Shown here: positions 14,601 to 26,900 of the stretch, piece by piece
How positions within the stretch are numbered: position 1 is the stretch's first letter
Layout of the letters: each line of letters starts with the position of its first letter
DNA from: Podarcis filfolensis
Lineage: Eukaryota
Assembly: GCA_964270895.1 (NCBI GenBank)
Contig: OZ185440.1
Strand: one strand, 5' to 3'
Length of the DNA: 64,000 nt
The notes under the pieces: model-generated
The model's input: only the letters and a program-made list of their open reading frames with translations
Told to the model about the DNA's origin: nothing
The model's database searches: none
Position numbers and translations under genes: made by a program

Positions 14601-17600
14601 ACTCTACCTAACTCGAAGACTCTCCTTATTCCATAGGAAGAAGGCAATAGTCTTTTTGTATGTACCTGGAAATCACCCTTCTGGAATCACACCCTACTCT
14701 GTATTCCAGCAGAATGTGGGGAAATTCCTCTAGCATATTTGAGCAAAATCTCCCCCAGAATTTGTGTTCTGGTATGGGTTATTTCCTGAACACAGAAAAA
14801 TAGTCTGTCGATGTGTAGGGAGAGACCTGTTCCAAGCAAACGTGGTAACACAACTTACTAGTCATAAAATGCCTGTGCCACCTCCCAATCTGGTGTTCCC
14901 CATTCAAGCTCCTCCACCAGTTCCTTCCCCTGCACTGCTCACCTCTCTGCACCCTCGTACAGTGAAGTCCTTGAAAGTTCGGATGTCATCAATAAGCAGA
15001 TTCATAAGTCGGAGTTTGTCAGCAAAACCAACCAACACATACAGTCCACTAGGGTGAAGGGAAAGTGCATATGCCTCTTCTTGGTATTCCTTGTACAGGT
15101 CCAGTGTGCTGCAGCAAGAGCAACCATGGCAATCAAAGCACAGACCACGCTTCTGTGCAACTAAGTTGTACCTAGTGCTATTTTTGGTCACAGTTCCCCC
15201 AAGGAGGTCAAATGCTGGGGAACAGTGAACAAAGGGGAACAAAGACAACTTGACAGCGTCATACATATACCAGTCCCTTTCAATGCATACATCAGGGCAG
15301 CAAAAATAATTTTTCACATGACAGGCAGTTCATACTGTCAGGCAACCAAATTAATTCAGCATCACATGAGAATCAATTTGTATAACCAGAACTAACAATA
15401 AAATTGCCATTTTTTAAACCTAAAGTTGATAAAAGAAATAGGCTTTCTAATTTTGATAGCTCCAGATTTTTAATGGATTTTTCTGGATTTGGAACTAGGG
15501 TTATGTTTCAGTTACATACACAGGAGTCCCATGAAGAAGTACAATTATGTATCTGAACCTTGCCTATCAACTGATTTCTAGAGCAACCACCATCTCTTAA
15601 TATTATTTTTTTCTCTGAGTAAATATATGCAGTTTCTTTTTATCAGAATAGGACTGACACTTGCCCTGATGATTGCCTGGGGCTCTGTAGTGAATTGCCA
15701 CTCACTCATGGTCTGAGTACAATTCATAGTCCGAGTACAAATCAAAAGGCTGTGCAACAGATCATGTCCCCTTACTTGTTTTCATAATTCCAGATGCGGA
15801 CAGATTTGTCCAGTGAACAGGTAGCAACGAGGGGCTTGCGAATGCAGGTATCCAAGCCAGTAATGGAAGCAGAATGTATTGGGTGGTTCAGGTATTCAAA
15901 GTGAGCTGTCTCCCCCTAGTGAAATATCACAAACATGTTAGCTAGAGCTGCTCATGTGATGGTGTAACACCAGGCAACACTGAACTTCTCTCCATAGCAA
16001 AAAGGAGGCATTTAATATGTACTAAATTTATCAAAGCACTGGAAAGTCTAGTGACAAATAGGGCATTTGTAGAGAAGTACACCAGCGACTATAGAAAAGT
16101 ACTCTGAAGAGGTCCAAACAGAAACAGCCACTACTGGAAATTTGACTGGAGAACAGACCTTACAAATCTTAGGGAGATTTTCCGCAAGAGGTATTTAAGA
16201 TAGCTGAAATGTGTCCTTGCTGTCTCGCAGGAGAACATGACATTTTGAATTGTTTTGATGACGATTACACCAACATGTCTATGCACCAGGGCAAAGGAGG
16301 TTGCAATAGGAAAGGCTGCCACTCTCTATCTCCATAAATTGATACTGGCTATGGTCCGGATGGAAATACCAATGAAAGGCCTAAGTGCCGTGAGTTGTGT
16401 GGTCATGATATTGCTGAATGGTTATTGGTGCTTTCAATGTGAAGTTGCTATAGGAGTTATTCAGTGGTGATATCATGACTGGTGAAGGAACTGTGCAATT
16501 GAGAGTATTCTTTATGTTGCTGGTTCTCCTTTCAACACATTTTTTTAGGGTTGCTGAGTAATTGATTTGATGCAATCATATTACCAGAATATCTTAGTTT
16601 CTTGTTTTCATTCTGTTCCTTGCAGCACAAGAATATAAAATTACTTTGAACACCACATTTCCGAGTCGTTGCTCAGAACACAGTGCTCTTAATGAACTCA
16701 CCTTGCTTATCTCAGCTGCTGATATAGAGAGGAGATAGAGCTGATTCTTAGTTGTGCTGATTAGAAGTGTTTCCTCTGCAGGACTGAAGGCAATACACAC
16801 AACATCCTGTTTGTCCGACTGGTTTGGATCATTGCTGCACTGGTCTTGTGGAATCTATGAAATAAAGCAGCTTAGTTAACCACTTTCCTAGATACATACT
16901 TTCTAGTTCGGTTTTGCAGCAGAGTAATAGATAATATTCCATAAACAATGGCAGCAAGATTACCTTAATAAAGATTTTCACCTTTAGAAGCACAGAGCCA
17001 AAATGGCACATGGACGAAAAATGGGCAGTTCCAGGGCAGAGAGGGTTTAGTCCATAACCTAAATTGCCTTAACCCCAATTCTGACCCCTATGTTCACAAT
17101 GTTATGCTGGTAAAATAGGGGATATAAAAGAAAATTTTGAACTGAACGTAATATCCACCCCTACCTTACATTGTCAAAAATTCTTCAGCCCTTGTGTTTT
17201 GAGGGATCATAGAATCTTAGAGTTGGAAGAGACCAAAGGGTCATCTAGTCCAACCCCCTGCAATGCAAGAATCTCTGCTAAAGCATCCATGACACATGGC
17301 CATCCAACCCCTGCTTAAAAACGTCCAAGGAAGGAGACCTCTTGTGGGGGTCTGTTCCACTGCTGAACAGCTCTCACTATCAGTCTGGGCAGTGGAGCAG
17401 AAGAAATAGTGGGGCAGCGATGTCCTTCCAGCAGCAGCAGGATGAAGTGGTGGTGGTGAGGTTGGGGAAGCATTGGGTTGGTGCCATTGGCCCTGCAGAC
17501 AGGTATACACCTACAAGGGTATTTCCACCATGGAGCTCTCCCAACCTCACTGCTGCCACCTAGCGTCATCCTGATGATCTCATCACTGCAGCTGCTGCAA

Positions 17601-20600
17601 GGATGTCCCCACCCCATGATTCATAAGGGCTAATGAAGATTACAGTCAACACAATCTCTTATTCAAGGCTCTTTCTTAGCTCGTCAGAACCCTCTGTAGG
17701 GTGGAGGGGGCTGGAGCTGGGGATGGAGAATGGGCTGTTTAGCTGGAACCACGTACTCCATTTTTGCTACTATGACTCAGCAACATTCTCTTCCATCTAT
17801 GAGCTCCAGTGAAGGGTGGGGGCAGGCTCCATGCAGCTCACAAGCTCACTACTGCTACAGTGATAATTCAGACGGCATAGGGTGGGCAAATAACAAGGTC
17901 TGCTGCAGCAATAACCCGCAGGACTGGCAATCAATTAAACAAGCAGAGCAGGGAACAAGTACAGCAAGGTGGGATGATAGTGGCTGCAAGATGCAAACAG
18001 CAACCTGGGTGTGTGAGAGCAGCCAACTGGAATGTGAATGCTTCCCCTGATTGGCTTTGGCACCTGTAGGTGTGTGAGGACTTTCTCCAGCAGTCCTCAC
18101 AATATCATATCCAAAGCCTGAACCTGAGACCTCCTGTATGCAAGACTTGTGATGCACCACAGGGTAGGGTTTGTCATTTAGCCACCTTGGATCTCATTGA
18201 TATGGCTGGGTCTGTTGGTTGGGGATCAGCAAATGCCTCATCATGTGTTTGTCTCCTACCTGCGGCTGGGGTTGAGTGGTGTCTGGCGCAGTGTGGGTTC
18301 TACTTCTGCTGAATCTCCTCCTTTTGCCTCCAACATTTATATTGTTGGTGAGCTATGCAATAAATCAAGCATTCCATGTCTCAGACATCTTACCTACCCG
18401 TATCTCTCGGCTTTCTCTGTAACCTTCCTTCTCATCTGACTTCTCAAACAGTAGAACAATCCCGGGACCAGCTGAACAAGCAAATCCCTTGGAATATGCA
18501 GCAATAGCAGAGACCCGAGGTAAAAATGCTTGCTGCTGTGCTTCAGTTTCACAAACCACCTCAGTGGAAATCTCAGGGGAATTGTGAGCAGGAAACTCAA
18601 TAAGGCTTTAAAAAGAAATTCATCAATCAATCAGCAGCAAACAGAGAAGTCTAACAAGTTCCAAATGTCAGTTGCATGAGGCGTAAAAAAATTATTGTTG
18701 TTCATTTTAAACTTGTTTTTTCATTTCAGAGACGCCACATAGTCCTAGTATCAACATAAAGTTTCCCCTATTTGAACTTTTGTACACATATATTAGGACA
18801 TACGTCTCATTGAACTTGGTATAACATTTCGAAGTCAACATACTGAAGGGTTTAGGGAAGATACTAAAGCTGTGCACACACTCACATTTACTCTGCATTC
18901 AGTGCACTCTCACTACTGGTTTCTGAAGCCATGTCCATGCAATGTTAGCCACAATCCACACCTGTCCTGTAGTTGTTTGTGAAATACTGTGTTTTTATGT
19001 TTCTTGCCTCAATCCAGTGTCAATCTGGATTGAATGCACCCATGAATGCACCATGCCCCCCTCTGCCCACTGATGTGGGCAGACGGCATGTGACTTGGAA
19101 ACATATCCAACTGTACTGAGGTGTACAAGGGCATGCCTATGCAATTCAACATGCAGCAGAGGAGCAATGACCTTGCTGCATTTTAAGCCAGTAATGTATA
19201 CAAAGCCTAACACTCCAATCCTAAGCATGCTTCTTGAATTTAATTAGCGCTTTACACAAGCTTTTAAACGATATCTTATAAATTTCAGTTATCCATCCTC
19301 CAACAAGTGTGGCAGATCATGATTAGTCCCATATGACAGTGGGACAAAGGGTACAATCCTGTGCATGTCTATGCAGAAGTTAAGTCCCACTGCGTTCAAT
19401 GGGACTCACATTCTGGAAAGTGTGTATAAAATGGGTGGACTATAAAATGGGCTTTTCAAGCCTGAGGGCTGCCTCAGAGGCAATAACTTTTCTCAGAGAG
19501 GCAATACAGTCATGACCATGATACCATTTGTAGATCATTGTAAAACTCATTATCTGCTGGAGCACATTGACCACTCCAGTGTCAATAGTTTGAAGGCAGT
19601 CTCACCTCTCTGAATCCTGTTGTGGTTCCTCCTTATCTACTTCAGAGACTATCTCTTTGCGCTCAATACTTGTCTCCCAGCGAAGATCACCAGAGTCAAA
19701 TAGGTAGATCTTGCCTGTGTCAGTGCCCACAACCACCTTCTCTTCAGAAAGCCAGGCATGAGACAGGTAGTTTTGAGGTTCCCCTCGCAAGAAGTTGGTC
19801 TGTTTTAAGGTTCCTTCTGTGTATCTAAATAGCTTAAAAATGCCATATCCTGTAACACAGACTTGGGTGTTATCCTGTGGATTGAAGCTCACCTGGAAAG
19901 GAAAACAACATAAAATAAATGATTACTTGATGAGCAACATGAACAATTGATTAAAAAAATTAAGAGCAAAGGTCACCAGAGTGTTACAATATAAAATATG
20001 TAAAAATAAAGGAAACAAACAGAAACAAAAATCATAAATATTTAAACATAATACTTCAGAAAAAAGGCCTCCATGATAAAACAAGGAGTAGAGTAGGGAA
20101 TTTGTCCCGTCCTTCTTTGTAACTGCACAGTTCTGCCTAAGCAACCTAAATAAGAAACCCGACTCTAGCTAGGAGCCACGTTTAGGACACACAGTTTGTG
20201 AAATAAATAAGAATGTTACACTGCAGTACAATTCTCAACCACTTGTTGAGACAAGAGACAATGGAGTGCGCCTCCAGGGGTGAAGTCAAACTGCTGTGTT
20301 AACAGCACCGAAGTGACCTCCCCAGAGCACAAGCCTGTACAGTGTGTATGGAGGTCCTGGGCTGCCCAAACAAGATCCCCTTCTTGGTCTTACTGATGTG
20401 GTTCAAAGGAAAGCAGAGCAATACGTTTGGCACCAGCCTGGCTGAAGGATTTGCCAGAATGAGAAGCACAACCATCTTAGGGACTCCACCCTGGATTTGT
20501 GTAGGGTTTACTCCTTAGCCTTTTCTTCACCCAAAGATACCCTCCAAAAGGCAGCAGAGGTTTAAGATCTCCTAGATGGGCTACTTTCCCAGGTTGACAA

Positions 20601-23142
20601 ACCCCATCTACCCCTCATTTCCCTCTACAGCATGCGCAGAAAACACCTTCTTGACTGTAGGACCCACTATTGGTCTCATCTGCTCTGAACTGTCTTCACA
20701 TACAGAGGAAGCTCCTACCTGACTAAGCTTTTGAGACCCACCACCTGGTTTAGCCAGCCAGTTGAAGACATTTCCCAGGGTGTGGCTGCTATCACATGCT
20801 GACAGCTTCTAGGAGCCAGAGGTGACAGGGTGGGGACCAAAGATAGACAAACTACCTCAGAAGGAGCACAATATGTTTCCCACCAGAAGTACTACCCCTC
20901 CCCTAACACTCCATACACCCTAACCACCAGTATCTAACAAAAGTATCTGACAAAAGTATCTAAAGTATAATTGCAGATCTGCAATGCTTGTATACCCATT
21001 CAATCATGCAAGTTCTGTGTCTCAGACGTAAATGTAAATGTGTGAATGTGAACAGAAGATCTGAGATTTCACACTGAGTCTATCTCCATATGGCAACTTT
21101 TCTCACAGGTCTCCAATGGTGGAGACAGAGCCTTTCTCTTTGAGGCAATGACAAGTGGCGATAATTACCTCATGTACCCAAGTACTATACTGATGCATGT
21201 GGTGCTTCTTTTCTATGTTACCTGATAAAGAGGATTGTTCTGGACATCAACCTTGATAATTGCCATTGTTCTTTGCTTTTCCCACATCCAGTAGGCAAGG
21301 TTTGATTCTGGAGGTCCTGTCTGTGCCACTAGATATTTGGAATCAGGGGAAAAAGCTACACTAATAAATTCTTGGACTGCAAAATCAAAACTGTTCAAGA
21401 TCTTCCGCTTCTTGCATGGGACAGATGACAGTTCATAGATTGTGATGGTAGGTTTATCCTGCAGTATCTCTGAAATAGCCAGATAGCGTCGATTTGGACT
21501 AATTGCCAGGGCTAGCATCCCTTGGCTCTTTTCTGAGCCTATAAAGCACAGAGAAAAAGCTTATGTGAGCTTCATGTAGGAACATTACATTTTCAGGAGC
21601 CAAGTCCAATATCAAGGTTGCCCATGTGGGCTTCACCTTTTTTCAAAGACTTCAGGAAATAACTACATATTACTGAGATTAAACAGTTATAAGGATGATA
21701 ATCCAGGAAACTGAAATCCCAATAATTTCCTTGTTGTAGAGACACTGGCTCAGTTCACACATAACATTAAGCCAAACTATGTATTAGCATAGTTGAATCT
21801 ATGTATTAGCATGAATGTGTCACCATGCAGGTTCTCAGAGAGGGGATTGCAGTCACTTTTCTCCTTTACAAAAACAAGCCAAGCTTCAAACATTGGTTTA
21901 CAAACTTGGCTTGTTGCAATAAACAATAATTAAATGTTAGGTAACTGGAAACATAGGCTAGTGCTTCCAGTCTCCTCAACACAGCCACCCTAGAGGAGAG
22001 AGAAGCATACAAGAGCAAGGCCCATGGAATCATAGAATCATAGAGTTGTAAGGAACCTCAAGGGTCATCTAGTCCAACCCCCTGCAATGAAGGAATCACA
22101 TGACAGGTGGCCATTCAACCTCTGCTTAAAAACCTCACTCAGGTTCATTCACAGGATGCTAAACCATAGTTTCCTGAACATCTGTTTTGTTTATTTATGA
22201 CATTTTAATACCACTTAATATAATCACTATCTAAGAAGTTTATACAAAAACATTCCAAGGATACTCAGATGAATTGTTCAGCAATGCTTGAACGTAACCA
22301 TCTCTAAAATATACACCTAATGGGAAGTTGCATTTTAAAACAGCATAAGCAAGAAGTGAAAATGTTTATATTTCACCTAAATCTAGACAGAACATAACAA
22401 TGGGCAGAAGCCACTTTGCAACCAAGTGTCAACAACATTGTTGTGAAAGCATATAAAAACAAATACTGTAATTATTTTTTGGAAACCATGAAGCATGAAG
22501 TTTCCTACCAGCTTCAATCATGCTTTCCAACTTTAATGTGATATGTGGGTTCCGAGCATAGCTGTCAACCTTCCCTTTTTTTGTGGGAAATTACCTTATT
22601 CCAGTGCCATTTCCCGCTGCTTCCCGCTGCTATCCCGGATTGTTAGATATCCCATAGACTGTCCCCGGGACAGGTGAGTCTGCTGATCCCTTATTTTCAA
22701 ATCTGAAAGTTGACAGCTATGGTTCCGAGCCTGAATCTTTAACACTGCAACTATTTAAACCCAGGTGGCTACTTTATTAGTAAGAAATAGCACAAGTATC
22801 ATGTCTAAAATCTGAAAGGGAAGGGTCGGCAGCTAGGAATGCAGACGAGGCCTTGCCTATTTAGAAGACTGATATTTTAGGAGGGTGGCTGCACCTTCCA
22901 GCTTCCTTTCCTAAATTTCAGCCTTGGCAGTGAAGGGACATGGGAGAGCGGGGTGGGGAGAAGGAAGAGGAGGAAGCTGATTTACCTGGGATGAACTTCT
23001 GCCATTTCTGCTCAATGTGATATTTCACACAGCTATTCCCCGCAGGGTACACTATGATCTGTTCATCGAAGAAGCAAATATTATTTGCCACCCGAGACTG
23101 GAAGCCAAAGATATGGAGGGCTTGCGCCACAATCACCGACAT
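2637..23142 (-). CDS. CFAP57: Cilia- and flagella-associated protein 57 (WDR65): WD40 propellers plus long coiled coil; 22 coding exons, 1248 aa
   Basis: Exons (plus-strand coordinates, transcript order): 22986-23142, 21222-21538, 19606-19892, 18398-18605, 16702-16854, 15776-15915, 14943-15108, 13832-13945, 12029-12241, 11271-11444, 10455-10616, 9613-9768, 9389-9482, 8398-8588, 6515-6688, 5653-5811, 5239-5382, 5010-5126, 4423-4557, 4203-4346, 3598-3730, 2637-2845. All introns are GT-AG, phases are consistent, total 3747 nt. Peptides such as [45 protein letters not shown] and [36 protein letters not shown] match human CFAP57 as I recall it. An acceptor 5 nt before the ATG implies an unmapped non-coding first exon. 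Confidence 0.97.
7431..8025. mobile_element. Tc1/mariner(pogo)-type MITE in a CFAP57 intron
   Basis: About 27-bp terminal inverted repeats (ccatatttttcgctctataagacgcac ... gtgtgtcttatagagcgaaaaatacag), TA after the right end, GC-rich interior with palindromes, no transposase. Confidence 0.8.
11737..11939. mobile_element. GC-rich non-autonomous DNA-transposon (MITE-like) fragment
   Basis: Abrupt GC-rich island in an AT-rich intron ending in ctctgccactgg (cagtggc-type terminus). Family and left boundary are uncertain. Confidence 0.4.
14245..14481. mobile_element. Tigger-like MITE
   Basis: TA-flanked termini (tacagtgg ... gaggtaccactcta) and a CpG-rich interior (ccggaacggatccc) typical of squamate Tigger-derived MITEs. 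Confidence 0.65.
15934..15997 (+). repeat. 64-bp direct duplicate, copy A (CFAP57 intron 5, branch-point region)
   Basis: 62/64 identical to 24276-24339 by manual alignment. Confidence 0.9.
17205..17383 (-). mobile_element. CR1 LINE 3' fragment
   Basis: catagaat tail followed by agagttggaagagacc...ggtcatctagtccaacccc, the characteristic CR1 3' end read on the reverse strand. Confidence 0.75.
20241..20920 (-). mobile_element. LINE fragment, probably the 5' region of an RTE-clade element
   Basis: Contains ctcctagatgggctactttcccaggttgac and gagacaatggagtgcgcctccagggg, segments I recognise from a common lacertid RTE-like repeat. Clade and strand are from memory. Confidence 0.5.
22027..22136 (-). 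mobile_element. CR1 LINE 3' fragment
   Basis: gaatcatagaatcatag tail plus aagggtcatctagtccaacccc; same family as 17205-17383. Confidence 0.75.
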
Positions 23143-23957
23143 GGCGCCTGAGAGTCAGCAAACTTTGCTGGAAAAAGAGAAAAAAGCGTTAGGAAGATTT
23201 CCCAGGTGGGGTTGTCGTGCTCCTTCCCCAGCAGGCGCCCAGGGATGGGGCCCCGCCCCGCCAAGCCGTTTTGCTTGCTCGTCCCGGGTCTTGCTCTTCC
23301 CTAACTACCCAGACCTCTCTCCCCTGTGGGGTCCCGCTCAGCTCAACTGCTTCTCTCTCTCTCTCTGGCCTTAAGGTAAAAAGAGCAGAAGAAAAAAGGA
23401 AGTCGAGGCTGGTTGCTATGGAGACGGCGTCCTGGTCGCACGGCGAGCGGGCGGGGGAGGTGGGGAACTCTAACCGGAAGAGGAAATACACGGAAACCGG
23501 AAGTAGCTTTGTGCCGTTCCGCGTGGTTTCTGAACCAGCGTCTGGCTGGAGTCGTGGAAGGGGCCGCCAGAAGAGGAGTCGTGGTAAGACCAAGTCTATA
23601 GTAGTACGTACGGTTTACGTGGGAGTAAGCACTATTGAATACAGCGGGGGCTCCTTCCGAGCAGGATTATAAAACGCGAGGCGGTTTCTAGGCAGGGAAG
23701 AAGCCCCAGGTTCGGCTTAATGCAACGTTAGGAATGTTTTGGGGGGGCAGGTGGAAGTTCAACAGGTGAAACATTCCCGGAATTTAAATGTATGCCGTTT
23801 CTCCGTCTTTTACCAGCCTGGCCGCGGGGAGGCGGGGAAGCAATACCAATCTCTCCAGTGGAGAAATTGAAGGTGGAGCGCACTTTCTGTGTCTCCCCCC
23901 CCCCCCCGTTCTTCGTGTAGCTCGGTGGATTCGAGGCGCCCCAAAGCACAGTGTGCA
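23143..23957. promoter_or_regulatory. CFAP57/EBNA1BP2 bidirectional CpG-island promoter
   Basis: 815 bp between divergent ATGs, CpG-rich. RFX X-box GTTGCTATGGAGAC 23412-23425; ETS/GABP-type CCGGAAG(T) at 23474-23480 and 23497-23504; TATAAAA 23668-23674. Confidence 0.85.
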
Positions 23958-26900
23958 ATGCCTCACGTAGAGATGGAGGAGGGCTTCTCGTCATCGGATT
24001 CGGAAGAGTCTCTTGTCACTGACCGAGAGGTAAGTTTAGTGCTGTGATCATGCTGCGCTGGAGTGTGGGCAGGATGTTTGTTATGGCTGGTGATGTTTAG
24101 CTCATTTCTCTGTAGCCTGCCATGGAGGGCTACACTTCATTTCTTACAAAGGTTGTAGACAGGACTATATTTATATAATAGCAATACCTTAGAAAATAAA
24201 ATTTATATAGGGCATTTCCCTATATAAATATCTTTACTTGCATGTAGAAGCAACACAGGGACAGCAGGGCTAATCCATGTTAGCTAGAGCTGCTCATGTG
24301 ATGGTGTAAGACCAGGCAACACTGAACGTCTCTCCATAGTGAATTGTGTAGGGAGCTTCCACAACCCATTTCATGGGTTCATCATACATCACATACATTT
24401 TTTGGTGTTTTAAGTAATAGCCCTATATTATTGTTCATATTGTAAGTAAGCAGCTGAGGTGGAAAGAATAGCAGCTTGCCTAGTTGGTTTATGACTAGAG
24501 TGAAATTTGAGTTAGTAGCTTACCGACTCACACTCCTACCCACCAATGCCTGTTCACAGTAGCACGTCACAGTACAGTGTCAATTCAGCACCGAAAGCAA
24601 AGCATGCTTACATAGGGCAGATAGAGAGCTGCTTTGTCTAATCACTTGCAATTTGAGCACTTAATTTTAGGTTTCCTCTCACTTGTGCTCCTGTGTGCTT
24701 TGTTTCTTACTTTTTCCAAGGTTTCTATTATTAAGGGTTTGGGGTGGGTGAGCTAACATCCTTCTGTTTCAGCAATCTGGGATGCTGCTGATTTTATAAC
24801 TTTTCTTCCATATAGCTCCAAGACGCATTTTCTAAAGGTTCAATCAAGCCAGGCCTAAACGTTGTGCTAGAGGGACAGCCGAAAGCTTTCAACAACGTGG
24901 TGAGTGCTGTACGAACATGACCTTTGTGGGATTAATTTGTGTGGGCAGATTGAGCTTCATTTGGATGGGTATACCATTTAGCCAGAGTAAAATTGTTCAG
25001 CCACTCAGTTCAGTCTATCTGCTGAACTCATCCTTTAAACTGAATTCCTGGCATCTACAGTCCTTTTCAATTTTTGGAATGGCTTGGGCTTATTTATCTG
25101 CATGCTTGATGAGTCTCACCTTTTAGATTGGGCATCATCCACCACTTACATGGTAACTTGATGCTTTACTCATTTGGACCATCAAGACATGTTGGAGGTG
25201 GGGCAAGAAAAAAAGTTGACACTTATTTGACTACACTCTATCAAAATAAGAGTGGTACCATGTTCTGCAGGCTGATAAAATCCCTTAAGCTATTCAGTTT
25301 CTTTCAAATTTATAGGAGAAATTCTGTATTGGCCTCTGTTTGTGTTGTCATTGTTAAGACTGAAGCACTAGGAGGAGTTTGAGGCTCAAAAACCTCTGGC
25401 ATCTGTTTTGATAGTGAGCAGAAGACAATGCATCTTTTTGGGGTGGGAGTATCAGGACATGGTCTGTTTGGGGAGGAGAGATTCTAACATGGTTGGCATG
25501 TTAGTTATCGTGTAGATTTTGTGTTGCATTTAATACACAATTAATATGCTCTTTTCTAGGATGGATTGAAGCAGTGCTTGTCTGAATTCCAGAAACACCT
25601 GGCCTGGATTGAAAGGCTTGATGTTACCTCTCATTTGGAAACAAGTGCCACACATGCAGCTTCTAGTCAAACACTTGACAAAGATGATGTTGACCCTGAG
25701 GATGACTTCAAGAGAGAGATGAGCTTGTAAGTCTGTGTATAGGAAGTAGAGCTGCTTCTTATCAGCCTGGTGTGTTGAGCTTTTAGCTTTTTTCAGCCAT
25801 ATGCACAATGGAACAATACGTTAGTAGTTCAAGAGTTTTTTATTGTCCAATGGAAAAAGTAACAATTTACTAATGGTCCAATGGCTGCTTGCATATAACA
25901 TCTTAATACATTATCCTGTGTTTCCAGCTATCGTCAAGCCCAAGCATCTGTTTTAGAAGCTTTGCCTCGGCTGCATAAGTTCAAAATCCCTACTAGGCGG
26001 CCTGATGACTATTTTGCAGAGATGGCAAAATCTGATCAGCAGATGCAGAAGGTAAGGTGCATGGTTCCTCTTCTTTTCTCATCTGGCTGCTACAATGGAT
26101 ATGTTAACAGTTGCTGGTCATATACAAAATTGTGGCTCATTGGGTCAGGTATTTTGATGGTGCCTGATTGTAATGCATCAGCAAATGGAGAAAAAGAGCT
26201 CTAGCAAAGTTATTCTCAGTGCATAATGCTACAGATCATGAATTGTTAATTAAAAATTTGTTAATAAAAGGCCATAAAAAGCTTGTTTGTGAGCATTTTC
26301 AGTTTGTACTGAACTCTTAAGAAAGAGGGACTATAATGAAGATTGATTTTGTGTGGAACATAATGCTGCTATCACATACAACATTGGGTATGGGGCAAAT
26401 GTGTGTAGTTTAGGGAAACAGGTCTTGCAGACTCAGTTGGGACCTGTGCCAGGCCTAGGGGTCAGAGGTTCCCATGCCTGCTGCATATTGTCTTGGGCCT
26501 TCAGAATAAAGAATTAGCCTTGGATTCTGTAGCAGCTATTTGGCAGCAATATGTCCTTATCGAGCTCTTTAGAGAACTGTCAATTTTTTTCTGTATTAAC
26601 AAAATGATGCATCTAAGGCCATGGCTGCATTTTGAGGCATTAATAGTGAATTTGTGCGTCTGCTCTTGCCTCTCCCTTTGGTCATTTTGTATCCAAGAAA
26701 TAATGGTGGGTTATGAGTTTCTGGCATGATGCTTTTTCTTGTCTTGTGTGACCTTGCTGGAGAAAGACGGCAACTTTTGCCCAACAGTTATAGAGTCGGC
26801 ATAGTCCTAAACAGTTGAAGCAATTGTCAAAATTCACGTTTAGGAGTGCAGCACACTCTAAGCTGCTTTGGTTTTCATTTCTGAAATTAAAAAGAGCATC

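Noticed and set aside
17390-18360. Nested gene in CFAP57 intron 4
   Set aside because: Short ORFs on both strands with no splice-consistent structure or recognisable domain; more likely decayed repeat DNA of a family I cannot name.
23054-23994. Several overlapping ORFs between CFAP57 and EBNA1BP2
   Set aside because: Stop-poor CpG island; low-complexity Arg/Gly/Pro translations without recognisable homology.
24276-24339. C/D-box snoRNA in EBNA1BP2 intron 1
   Set aside because: The GTGATGG and CTGA boxes are under 30 nt apart, the C box is imperfect and there is no terminal stem.
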